This document shows positions 1-11,123 of a stretch of 64,000 bases of DNA, piece by piece; the first letter of the stretch is position 1; each line of letters starts with the position of its first letter. The notes under the pieces are model-generated. The model was not told the origin of the DNA, did not search any database, and saw nothing but the letters and a program-made list of their open reading frames with translations. The stretch comes from Tubulanus polymorphus (lineage: Eukaryota; Animalia; Nemertea). Location: contig NC_134025.1 of the NCBI RefSeq assembly GCF_964204645.1, positions 28,934,299 to 28,998,298 of the forward strand, given 5' to 3'. Made by a program: the position numbers and the translations under genes.

Positions 1-167
1 AAAATCTGTTCGTTATAACCGATTGTGCATTATATCCTGTACGAAATAGTTGATATTTTCGTATTTTGGACAAAATTCTAAGTTTGTTGGAACTGATGAA
101 TCGTTATAACGAGTTTCCAATCTATTTAAATTAGCTCTTATTGAATGAATGTTTTGGATAATTTCAG

Positions 168-323
168 GAGTTGAATATGTTAGATTCATTTACTGGAATA
201 CCAGACGTAGAGGATGTGTTACATTACGCTATACCTGTTATCGCCCCTTATAACACGATGACTAATTACAAGTAAGCACTATTTACATTGATTTGAGTTT
301 GAGCTTTATTTCAACGCGATGAC

Positions 324-364
<41 letters not shown>

Positions 365-977
365 TATTATTATTATTATTATTATTAGCATTATTATTGT
401 TATCATTACCATCAATCTTCTTTTTTTCTCTAGGGGGCCTGAACGTGATTGAACAGCCTTTAAGGCTCTGTTCAGGTCCCTCATCATCAATCTACTTATT
501 TGTTATACGTTTTATTTGTAATTATAATTGATGATGAAATAAATTACATTACATTACTATGAATTTATATATCTACTCATAGATTTAAGGTGAAACTAAC
601 TCCTGGAACTACCAAGAGGGGGAAAGGTAAGTCAACAATAAAATTATAAGAGTAATGAATTTGTTTCATTGGTTTCGATTTCGTTTCATCGGTTTATTAT
701 TTCTGACATTATTATCTAAATTCTAGCGGCAAAAACTGCGTTGAATATGTTCACGTTTGACAAGTCGACCACGCCTAGAGAAAAAGATTTATTGAAAATA
801 GTCAAGGTAAATAAACGAGATGAATTCTATCGAGTCGTCTCTTTCGCAATAGCCGCGTATATCCAATGTTTGCTGTTGGTTATATTTCAGGATAATGACA
901 TATCGCGGAATTTCCCCGGTAAAGTAAAAGTTTCCGCACCGAATCTACTTCGAAGTAAAGGAAAAGGCAAGAAGTGA
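168..977 (+). CDS. NEMF: Nuclear export mediator factor / ribosome quality control protein NEMF, last four exons (5' part outside window)
   Basis: Exons 168-271, 583-626, 727-806 and 891-977 with GT-AG borders join in frame: [58 protein letters not shown]...[29 protein letters not shown]. This matches the conserved NEMF/Rqc2 C-terminal (NFACT-C/DUF3441) region. Confidence 0.93.
323..400. repeat. (ATT)n microsatellite in NEMF intron
   Basis: Long ATT run with a few interruptions; it explains the poly-I/poly-L ORF 319..531. Confidence 0.95.
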
Positions 978-1074
978 AGTGTAGAATATGTCGAGTTCTG
1001 TCTCTGTGAACATCGATTGAAAAAGACTCGATAGCGTACGAAGAGGTGCAATTGATAATCGTGTATTTAAAAAT

Positions 1075-1450
1075 TGTTTGTTTTTGCGAATAAGAATCTC
1101 TTATTCGCTGAATTAATAAAATGGTTGAATATTTTCGAAGATTGTTTTATTTGTTTATTTCGTATCGGGAAACCTACTAGAATTGAAACGTATTTAAGGT
1201 CGAAGAGCATGAAAGGAAATTCACGGTGTTTAATGAATGGTATATCGCAGTCGGCTGTAGCATTATTTGTTGTTGCGAATAATAATCTCTTATTCGCTGA
1301 ATTAATAAAATGGTTGAATATTTTCAAAGATTGTTTTATTTGTTTATTTCGTATCGGGAAACCTACTAGAAGTGAAACGTATTTAAGGTCGAAGAGCATG
1401 AAAGGAAATTCACGGTGTTTAATGAATGGTATATCGCAGTCGGCTGTAGC
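1075..1450. repeat. Direct tandem duplication, two copies with 189-bp period
   Basis: gcgaataagaatctcttattcgctg... at 1086 recurs at 1275 as gcgaataataatctcttattcgctg...; the copies are near-identical through ...cgcagtcggctgtagc. Confidence 0.95.
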
Positions 1451-3289
1451 TGCTGCCGCTTTAAGAGAGATTGAAGAAAAACCAAGCATCTCTTGAATGT
1501 CACGTTGCCATGGTGACGGGAAAAAGATGCTTGAATAGATTAGTTCTCCGCGATGGCTGCTGTGTGTGAATGCTTCAGCGCTAGTTTAGAATCACGGCGA
1601 GATTGGCTGGAAAATGAAAAAGAATTGGAAAATCGAAAAATTGTTTTAGAAATTCGCTTTTATTATGCTTTTTTTTACATACGATGCTTAAACAACATCT
1701 TTAATTAATAATAGTTTCACAGTGGTATTTTAAACACCATGTTTATGTATTTGATTAGCTACGTCACCAACTTAACAATTACCCTCGTGTAAAACATCTA
1801 TACGCACAAGACACAATATCGGTCTAGAATAACACGCGTTAAAAAATCTTCTTTACTATGTTACTTGTAATAATTACCCATGGCCTAACGACCTCAATTG
1901 CCTAATTATCTGCAGGTTACCTCTTAATGCGTTTACTACTCATAATCTATAATCAAATTTGAGACGACGAGCAAATCTGAGAGATCGAGACTAGATCGAA
2001 TTTAGTCTGGAAATTCCAGAGAAGCTGTGACAAAAACCCGTTTGCTTATTAGCGCTCTTGTTTTCTTCTGGATATGTAAATCTCTCATTTAAATGCAATA
2101 TTATCTGAACAACCTTGAGCCTTGGAGGAACATACACTCCATTGCTAATGAAATATGCTTGAATAAATAGCGGAATCTGCCTAGAGAACTATTTCATATA
2201 CCGTATATACTCTATACTTTATTGCACGACATGATTCCTCGTACGCGAAAAATAACGATCGAAGAATCTTTTTTTCAGAACTTAAAAACAACGCCCGACA
2301 ACGTTCATCCGCAAATCGGAGATAATTCAACAGTTTTCGACCGATTTTCTACAAAAGTTCGTCCGTTTCTGTCAGTATCGAATGTTACGACATTTTTCTT
2401 CCTCGGAATTTGTCGGTAACTGTCGAAATTATTGCCTGAAAGTCTGTTCTCTTTCGAACCGAGTCCGGCTGGCTGAACGTGTTTCCACGATTTCAATACA
2501 TGTGTTTGTTTTAATTTAAGACTTCCACAAACGGCCTGTTGAGAGATATAATAGAACATTTTGGCCCGGGTACAATTTTGAAAAATTCGACGAGCGATTT
2601 TTGGGATTCATGCGAAACCTTACATGTTAAAAAGAATTCATGCATTTTCAAACCCATAGATTTTGTATATAATAACTCACCGTTTAGACGGCGAGATCAA
2701 ACATGAATTTACAAAAATGAGATGCCGGGATTTGAAACATTCGGTAAATATATACATAGTTTTTTTTACAACAAACACATCGATCATAACATAATATGAT
2801 ATATACAGCTATTTGAATAAATTGTGATAGATGAACATTCACTTTATTTGAATATCAAAATAACTGCGTATATAAGAGAAGATTTTCATGTAAACTTAAA
2901 CCGATAAACACCAAGCAAGGCCATTTATCTTTATTGCCCAGTAATAGAAATAAACGAATTATGAAATAATTCAATGATAAACCATGCTCCCAGGTAGATT
3001 TATCACATTCGAGCGAATTTAGTACATCATCCAGAAGAGAGTTCAAGAAAGAAGAGAAAGAGAGAGAGAGGAGAGCAAGCAAAACTTTCAGATTTTCAAA
3101 CCAAAAGTACATTCGATCCTTCCGATTTGACGATAGAATTAAACAAAATATGAGAATAAAGTAGATATACCAAATGAATGTCTTGCCATTAGTAGTAACG
3201 TCTGGCGTCCATCCGCGCATGCAACACGTTTATAGTCCAGATTCAACCCAAACCATTCAGAGGCAAGGCAAGCAAAGTTAGTAACATCA

Positions 3290-4668
3290 TCATAAAATAG
3301 AGAAGCCATCTTTGGGTAATGGATTCGATACGATAACAACATCCTTCTCCCCTAATACCTGCACGTGAAACGTTCCGTCCCTCTTCTTAAACAGTTCCTT
3401 TTTAGCGGCTTTAGCCATTCTACAGCTAACTATTGTTGAAATGATACAATTAAGACATTCCGCACCCGTAGCTACCAGTGCCACCACTATTAGCATGTCG
3501 AGTTTTTCTTTCTGGAATGTGTGTCCGTCAGTCGTATGGTTGACCAAACCTAGCCGTAATAATTGTATACTGACCACTGCCGTAACCAGGGAAACGATAG
3601 AAAATGCCGTAAAACACAGAATCTGTAACAAAGAGAGAAAGAGGTTGAACAGTGATTCAGGGTTTTACCATTTCGCTGTCTTATTCATTGGACACTATAC
3701 ATACCACATATGCGGTCTTTCGTTTAGCTGAAAATACCCCCATAACTCCAGTTAAAATAAACTGAAAATACAATAGGACGTCATATTACACGTATATTCA
3801 CTAATTGCACAAGGGATTTGCAACCTAGGTTAATTTAGCTGGATCGAATCTCTATGAACTGTATCTTGCGCCGGAGGATAGCAGCTAATAGATGCTATGC
3901 ACAATTGACATGTAAGTGAACCCATGTATGAAGAACTGAATTAAATTAAGCCAAGATTTGAACCATATACTCTTATGACATTTTCACAGTCTGAATGCAG
4001 TCCTATTAATAAGTTAATGAGGATGGAGCAACTGGCAAATTTACACGACCATTGATTCTCGGTGCACATATAATGATGGATAGCCAGGCATTCCATCAAT
4101 GTTACCATGGTCAGGCGCTCTTTCATTGCTATGCAAAATTGCTCATCACGTCGAATGCAAATTTATAGATTAAATCGAGCATCTTCGATATATGGATACA
4201 ATTAATTCATGATTTGTAAATTTTCAAGAATTAAACAATGATTATCATTATTACAAATTTCGAAGCCGAGGATATTCTACATACACATTACCACATTTAA
4301 ACTACCTATCTTGTTTGATAATTATCAATATGATTATATATCGACTGGTATTGAAAGTACGTAAAGCTGTAAATCTGGGGGTTGTATTTTTTCAAATTCT
4401 ATCTACAATTATTTTTTGTGTGTTAAACATTTTCATAAACTTTTAAAAAAATGAAAGCTTTAGATATTACTCATATTTGTCAACTTACAAATCCACCACT
4501 CCATATTGGGGATACTCTGTGTGCGAGCCAAACTTCAGCTTGTATGGATGCGCTCACACCGATACAAACACTCACAAAACCCAGTATCAGATGTACCACT
4601 GCGAAGGTTACGGTGGCAATAACGATGGCATACATCCTCTCACCACCTATCATTACAGTCATATGCAT
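3290..4668 (-). CDS. TMEM196-like four-pass membrane protein (CD20/MS4A-like superfamily), 3 exons
   Basis: Exons 4668-4489, 3761-3705 and 3622-3290 give ...HLILGFVSVCIGV...SPIWSGGF/FILTGVMGVFSAKRKTAYV/ILCFTAFSIVSL...IQLLR...SCRMAKAAKKELF. This parallels the TMEM196 motifs SPVWSG, CAKKKS, FQFLR and TCRLA. Confidence 0.8.
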
Positions 4669-5477
4669 TGCAAATTCCGTTTTTAGTCCCGTTTTATGAA
4701 GATATTAACCAGTTATCTCTTATCCATCTGGTTGCCTGATAGTTTGAAATTGTTGAAATTGAATCAATTATATTATTGACAATTTATGGTTCACGTATGT
4801 ACGTGCATACGTACATAGATGTATATATGCGTCGTTCAATAAAGTCTGTTTTTGTCTCACAATAAATATCCACTCTAAAACATTTAGATGTACATCCTTA
4901 TTCGAAAATAATCATAAACTCAGAAAACGGTTGTTATTGTACTGATCCTGATGATAGCGACGGCAAATGATGGTGACCAAGCGGTGGATCGTGGTACTAT
5001 GTCGCCAAGCAGAAAGCAGTTCAACGCTGCAAATCGTCGCTATGTTTGCGGTGTACATCAGGCTTCTATCATCGTTTCGTATTGATCTGGTTTATTATTA
5101 CGGTACCAGGCGCACAAGCAAATTTCCAATAACACTTCAATGTAAATACGGCAATATCTCTGCTATAAACTTACTCACATCGGCGAGAGATAAGTAGGCT
5201 TAGAATATTGGCACCGTGTGTGTTTTGCGAAAAAAATTAAACTTTGAGAAGCAAGAAATTGCATTAAATAAATGATATATCATGATATGAAATAAATGAA
5301 TTAAATGGATGTCGATATATCTTTTTTCATAAAAGTAGACCATATCCATGACAACGAAAAGATGTCCAGTGACAAATATCGTATCACATAGCAACATCAC
5401 CCGTTGTGCTTAAAATTGTTTTTCGTCACTGACATTGTCTTTGGTTCCTTTACGCGTTTCAACGAATTATTCATCGA

Positions 5478-7151
5478 ATGATGGAAAAGCTCGACTTGAA
5501 TACGTGTTCAGCGCGGCAATTGGCAGCAGTTTCGTGTATAGATGACGAGTTGGCACTTGCAATTATAAACCATCGCCGTAGACGTCGCAGATTTGACAAT
5601 ATCCACCAACTATGGGGAGTTGAAAATATGACGAACCTAGAATTTCGAATTCTCCAGAGATGCGTTCAAGTAAAAGATTTGAAAAACCCAACTCAAGTAA
5701 GTGGTCCACCGAAACCAATCTATTTGGCACGACCAGTTCCTCCGGTGCCAGATAAACCAAAGAAAGCTTGGGGCGAAAGCCCGACGAAACAAACGCAGAT
5801 TCAATCAAATAGGAGATCATCCAAAAAAACTACGAAATCTACTTCTGCCCGTCAAAGAAGTCCGGCATCTTCCGAAAAATCGAATAGGTCAAGAACTCGG
5901 TCGGTGTCGCCGAAACGCCCGGTTTCCGCAAAATCGGCAAAGAAAGCAAAAACCAAATCAAAGGCAAAAGAAGTTAGTTTTGCTGGGAAAACACAAAAAT
6001 CCCCGAGAAAAACTGCTCTAAGTTCGACTAAACGGCCTTCTTCGTCAAATTCCACTCCAAGTCGTGCAACTGCAAGCAGTTCTTGGAAAGCGAAATACCG
6101 GTCAACAATGACACAGACTCCAACATTAAGGACTCAACTTACACAAACACCAGAAACTAATTACACCGACGACTACGACGAATCAACACTGATTACAGAC
6201 CAGTCCAGAGATATAATTACCCCCGTAAATGAGTTTCTTAAACAGGTTTCTCCTTCATGCGGAATATCTTCATCGGGAAACCGACTTTTGATGACGTACA
6301 AACTGAATCGACCGAAAACAAGTCAAACACTTCCTGTGTCTGGGGGACCAGCGTCTTCAGCTACAAGACCCGGCACGGCTCCGACACAGACGACCCACCA
6401 GCAGACCATTCCAGAAGAACCAGACAGTCTACCGAGTACTTCTAAACGATCACCTTCGAAAACACCAGATGGCAAAACGGCGAGTAAATCGCCATTGAAT
6501 CATGAAAATGTGAAAAAAGCCGTGGCAGCAAAGAGAGATGTTAAAAGTTCAATTCGTAGATGGTTGCAAGAAATCGATGAAATTGCAGAAGATACGAAAA
6601 AGGCAGGGGATAGAGTGACGTCTCCTCCGATGAGAGCATTTTCTGATCAGCTTCGTCCACAGCAATATATCAATATTTCAAAAGATGTTCGACGCAGATC
6701 GCCGACAAAACAAGACAAAACACGACCGAAGAGTCCAGAAAAAACACCGTCAAGACCAGTAACTCGTCAGAGCACGGCAGCAGCAGCGAGTAAAACACCA
6801 ACTCCCGCTGCAGAAACGCGCTTAAAATCTCCGAGAAAACCTCGTGCCCCAAAAACACCTAAAACACCAGAATCGCGACCACGCACGAAAACTACACCGC
6901 GGAATAGACGAGATGCGAAACCGATCGAGAAAGCGAAAGAGCAGAGAACAGCTTTTCAAACGAGCGCCTCGCGTGGACGACCCAATGCCACTGATACCCA
7001 GAGAAGAAAGCAAAGAAAAATAGCTGATAAAACGAAAAAGTCGGTTCAACCGAAAAAAGATGACGCTCCTACACTTGAAGCTGTTGGGCGCAAGGTTCGA
7101 ACTCCTGACTCTAAACAACCGGAGCGTGGAAACTATTGTTATATCATGTAA
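5478..7151 (+). CDS. Intronless 557-aa protein: N-terminal ComEA-like helix-hairpin-helix (HHH_3-like) domain, long basic Ser/Thr/Pro-rich disordered region, C-terminal CaaX motif (CYIM)
   Basis: 1674-bp ORF with higher GC than its flanks. The N-terminus KLDLNTCSARQLAAVSCIDDELALAIINHR...FDNIHQLWGVENM follows the HHH_3 pattern; the protein ends GNYCYIM-stop. Confidence 0.85.
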   Translation: MMEKLDLNTCSARQLAAVSCIDDELALAIINHRRRRRRFDNIHQLWGVENMTNLEFRILQRCVQVKDLKNPTQVSGPPKPIYLARPVPPVPDKPKKAWGESPTKQTQIQSNRRSSKKTTKSTSARQRSPASSEKSNRSRTRSVSPKRPVSAKSAKKAKTKSKAKEVSFAGKTQKSPRKTALSSTKRPSSSNSTPSRATASSSWKAKYRSTMTQTPTLRTQLTQTPETNYTDDYDESTLITDQSRDIITPVNEFLKQVSPSCGISSSGNRLLMTYKLNRPKTSQTLPVSGGPASSATRPGTAPTQTTHQQTIPEEPDSLPSTSKRSPSKTPDGKTASKSPLNHENVKKAVAAKRDVKSSIRRWLQEIDEIAEDTKKAGDRVTSPPMRAFSDQLRPQQYINISKDVRRRSPTKQDKTRPKSPEKTPSRPVTRQSTAAAASKTPTPAAETRLKSPRKPRAPKTPKTPESRPRTKTTPRNRRDAKPIEKAKEQRTAFQTSASRGRPNATDTQRRKQRKIADKTKKSVQPKKDDAPTLEAVGRKVRTPDSKQPERGNYCYIM

Positions 7152-7723
7152 TTTTACACAGGTTCTTGCTAATTAAATGTATAGGTTATATGGTTTTCTG
7201 ATAAAAACCGAATGTAAAGTATAACTTTTTTGAGTATCTATGTAACGATAAGCGTAATAAGACGTCATGATATATAATTTTGCATTAGGTTTCAGACTTA
7301 TTTACCTATCAGTTATTTGCAAGACCTATGGTTGAAAACACCGCCGCTGAATATCGCAGCAACCGGTACGAAAACCGAGTGATTCAGAAATGATAATGTA
7401 GATCGAGTTAGATATATTCAAACCCTAAACCTATACTTGATTATGAATGCGTGCAGCTTATATGATAACATATCTGAAAAGAATAAACACCATTGGCTCT
7501 TTTCTCGCTAACTGTAGGAATCATGTCTTATGGTCGTTTCTTTAAGCACGCAGAGCTTACGAGCAAAAACTGCGTACGCCAACTCGGCGCAGAATTTTAG
7601 TCCACGCGCCAGCGAAAATATACTCAACAAAGGAGATGTGTGTCATTTGTAACATGAATGGTCATCGAAAAAACCTATCGGAGATGCATTTATGCGTTCA
7701 CCTCGTCGATGCATGGTCGTGAA

Positions 7724-10593
7724 TCAGCTGGACGGAGGGGTTAGTGAGTCATCCTAAGCGTTCCTTGTTATTCGCATCGTGTATATAAATTTGTCAAATA
7801 AATAACCATAATTCACGAATTTAACAACAACAATAACAAAAAGTTTATTCAAACAAATATCACAGAACTGCTGTAAATAAAATTGAAAAATCGAACAATT
7901 GTAAACGGATAATTGAATATTTTCTAATTTATGAGTAGCATTAGTTTCATTTATCTCTGATCGAAGTGAACTAAACATCGTCAGGTGTCTGAAAAAAAGG
8001 TTGGATAAGAATAAGGTTTCAATACAGGGATGAATATGACAACAGATAATTGTGAGAATGCCCACCTCAGCGCAGAGATCAACGATAGCATCAAGATTGC
8101 ACTGCTGTCCATGATATAACTGTATGTTATACTCAAGAGCTGCAAGCGTCTGGAACAAATCACTTAGCAATTCCTTAGTCCTGAAGAAGATAAGATCAAT
8201 ATATTTCACGCAAAGAAATGACTATTGAAAAGATCAAGTTCAATGGTTATGAATAATGATTTAACTCGTCGAAAATGAACTAATTTCAACTCAGAGTTAA
8301 CTCATAACTGGGTGCTGGACATTTTAATGGAACGTACTGAACAGATCCATATTTATAATAATGATCCATTGGCATTTTTACAGGTTTCACTTCTTCGCTA
8401 TCTTCCGAACTCATTGTACTCCCTACAAATATACAGCACATTTCATTTTCATTAATAGTCTTTATCAGTTCAAATTCATCACGTGTTGCAGTGATTTTAC
8501 CTGTAGAGGATGGAAAATATAAATCATCATCTTCTTCATCTTCTAAAGCGATTGTCTGTAAAATGATGGAAACGTTTTATTTGATTTGATTAACGCGGAA
8601 AATTACGGAAAAGTGAATATGGAAAATGGTGGACAATAGATACGATATATACCATTTAATCCATTTCAACCTATGAACTTGAATTAAAACCCATGGACTT
8701 GAAACGAATGAGTTTAACTTACATTCATCTTCACTTTCTTCTTGGCTTCATTAGCTGCTTCTAGAGTTAGTTGAAAATTGTCCACTAATACGGCGACAAA
8801 CAAACTGTTAAATCGAATAAAATATATAGCGCCTAATCATTGAACTCGAAGTTCATAGAAAAGTTAAAAAGATACGTACTTCAGAAAGATGAAATACTCC
8901 ATCACAATATACAACAGCAGAAAGAAAAACACATGCCAATAACCTGAAACAAAACATCATCGTTTATGAAATAATTTTTCTGGGATGTAGTTGAGAATTT
9001 GTATATCTCGTGTACCTGGATCATTAGCTTCAATATCGCTGTAAATATAGAACCAATCGTCGAGAGTGAGTAATTGAAACAGAGTATAGGCAGCCGTGTA
9101 CAGTGTACCGAATCTCTCCGGGTCCTTTTCAAAATACAATCCTCGACCAATCACAGCGAACATATCTGATTCATATAGAGTTAAACTACATTAACCATAA
9201 AATCATTAACACTCTGTAGAATCTTATACTATCATCAAAAGGATACAAAGGAACAATAGAATTAGACCAACGATTGCTCCCATGGACTGCACTGACTGCA
9301 AACAAGTCGTCATGATAACTTGAAGGTGGTTTAAAACTCTAGAAATAAAATCCATGCATTTTTAAATCACCAGCCAATCAGTTTACAGTTTACAGTTTAC
9401 AGTTTATTTGACAAACTCAAGGTCTACAAATTAGACAATATGAGTGAAAAATAGAACATTAATCAACATTAATCAATAACCGAAACAAACAGGTCGTTTA
9501 CCTTATCGTTCTCAATACTCGCAAAGCACGAATCGCTTTCACAAATCGGAAAATCTTTAGAACGCGAAAGATGGCCGCGCCGCTCATTTGGAAACCGACA
9601 TTGGCGATTAGCATCGGCAAAAAGAAATCAGCCACGCTGAATGCCACGATCACGAAATCTAAAACAAAATATCTTTATGAAACATCCGAGTTTCAGTGAG
9701 AAATTAATCATCACAATCACAGAAAAGAATTCATGTGATGTTCGCCTCTCAGCTTTAACCACGGGTTCAACCTTCCAACAGGTGTCACCAGGATTCAATA
9801 CATACCTAACAAATTCCACCCTTCTTTGAAATAAAACTTTCTGAAGACAAAGATTTTCATGGCACATTCCGTAACATATATTCCAAGAAATACGTTATCA
9901 GAGGCACTAATGTACCATCCTGAAAATAGAGAATAGACCTAATCAGGACTCTACGTTCAACTGTCGCAATCAAGGATTCTGTCTGTCTGTGATTTTATCA
10001 AAGGAACTTGATAAATTTCGGAGCCTAAGGATAATGATACGCATAGCGGAATAGCTGATAGACAGGGGTGTTCATTTAAATACAATCACGAGCAACATTG
10101 TTTTATTAACAATTAACTAAATCTTACCCATTCTAACTTGTATCTCTTCCCAAGTTTGCGCGACGAGTATTATAGTATTCAATAAGATGACCAGCAATAT
10201 AAATAGTGAATACATTTTTGAATCCACGTATCTGTATAATAAATGGTGGACTGGTCCAGTTTTGTCAAATAATTTATTCTTCACTCGTTCTTTGTTGATT
10301 TCTTTAGGTTTCGCCGAAGTTTTCCCGTCTAAATGATCGTCGTTCAACGCGGTATTCGCTTCTTCTTCTTCTACTTCTTCATGTTTTTCTTTTTTCAATT
10401 TTTCGAGGAAATCCGACGGCACTAACGGTAATTGTTGTGCGGTTAAACCGATTTTGCCGGAATTTCCCACCGATCTGTAACTGAAACTACTGTGTCGACG
10501 TCTTCGAGGGCGACGGGATTGGAAATATTTGTCATGATCCTGAGCGAGCATTCGATGTTTCAGTTCCAAATCTTCGACTTCCTCGGCCGCCAT
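7724..10593 (-). CDS. CATSPER1: Cation channel sperm-associated protein 1 (CatSper1), multi-exon; last exon and stop position tentative
   Basis: Spliced product has S1 (SLFILLVILLNTIILV), S2/S3 (YFKEGWNLLDFVIV), S4 (RVLKIFRFVKAIRALRVLRTIR), pore YTLFQLLTLDDW, S6 YIVMEYFIFLNLFVAVLVDNFQ and C-terminal LFQTLAALEYNIQ...LDAIVD. TLDDW is the CatSper1-type filter (CatSper2 TLDHW, CatSper3 TVDGW, CatSper4 TQDGW). Confidence 0.88.
9166..9246 (-). other. Candidate U12-type (minor spliceosome) GT-AG intron in CatSper1
   Basis: The 5' end reads GTATCCTTT. The 3' end has TTTAAC about 15 nt before CAG and no polypyrimidine tract. Removal restores ...LILLFL-Y-MFAVIGR. Confidence 0.75.
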
Positions 10594-11123
10594 CTCGTCA
10601 CCTCAAAAATAAATTATGATGAAAATGATTTTTTAGGCAATTAACTTTTCAACATAAGTAGCGGGAGGTCTAACTTTATACGAAATCTTACAAAAAGATG
10701 CTTTTTATTCAGAAAGTATCAGAAAAACTAGCCGTTACAAAAATTAATTGTCAAACGCATTACGCCGTACAGTGCTGCCACCTTGTGGCCAATCTAAACT
10801 CGAGTATACAATGCCATACTACGGCGAAACTACAAGAAAATCGCCATCACTTTTCAGTTCCTTTCGTCTGAATTAATTATAGATTAATGGTGGAATTAGT
10901 AAGAACGATATTAAACGCTTACCGGTGGATAAATTCGGGTTTAAATTCAGCGCTTTTTGACGTTTCATTTACTTCCGGGTTCTCGATGCGGAAGTCACAA
11001 CTGCGCATGCGTAAGTCTTCTCATTTCATTGAGAATTTCTACCTAAAAATAGGAATTTCTCGGCCCCAAACTCGTATTTCTGACTGACAATCACCTGATT
11101 CTGAAGAACGGAATAATTTAGAA
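10594..11123. promoter_or_regulatory. Divergent promoter region between CatSper1 and alpha-SNAP with CTCF-like, ETS and NRF1-like motifs
   Basis: Start codons are 530 bp apart. CCACAAGGTGGCAGCAC on the minus strand at ~10772-10788; acttccgg (~10971) and gcggaagt (~10988) ETS cores; tgcgcatgcgt (~11002) NRF1-like. Confidence 0.6.

Noticed and set aside
319-531. 70-aa poly-Ile/Leu ORF resembling a signal or TM peptide
   Set aside because: Translation of the intronic (ATT)n microsatellite.
5563-7118. Several alternate-frame and antisense ORFs inside the 557-aa gene
   Set aside because: Shadow ORFs of a GC-richer coding region with no motifs of their own.
7754-8209. 151-aa minus-strand ORF as a separate gene
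   Set aside because: Its first part is a CatSper1 exon; the rest looks like read-through into AT-rich intron.
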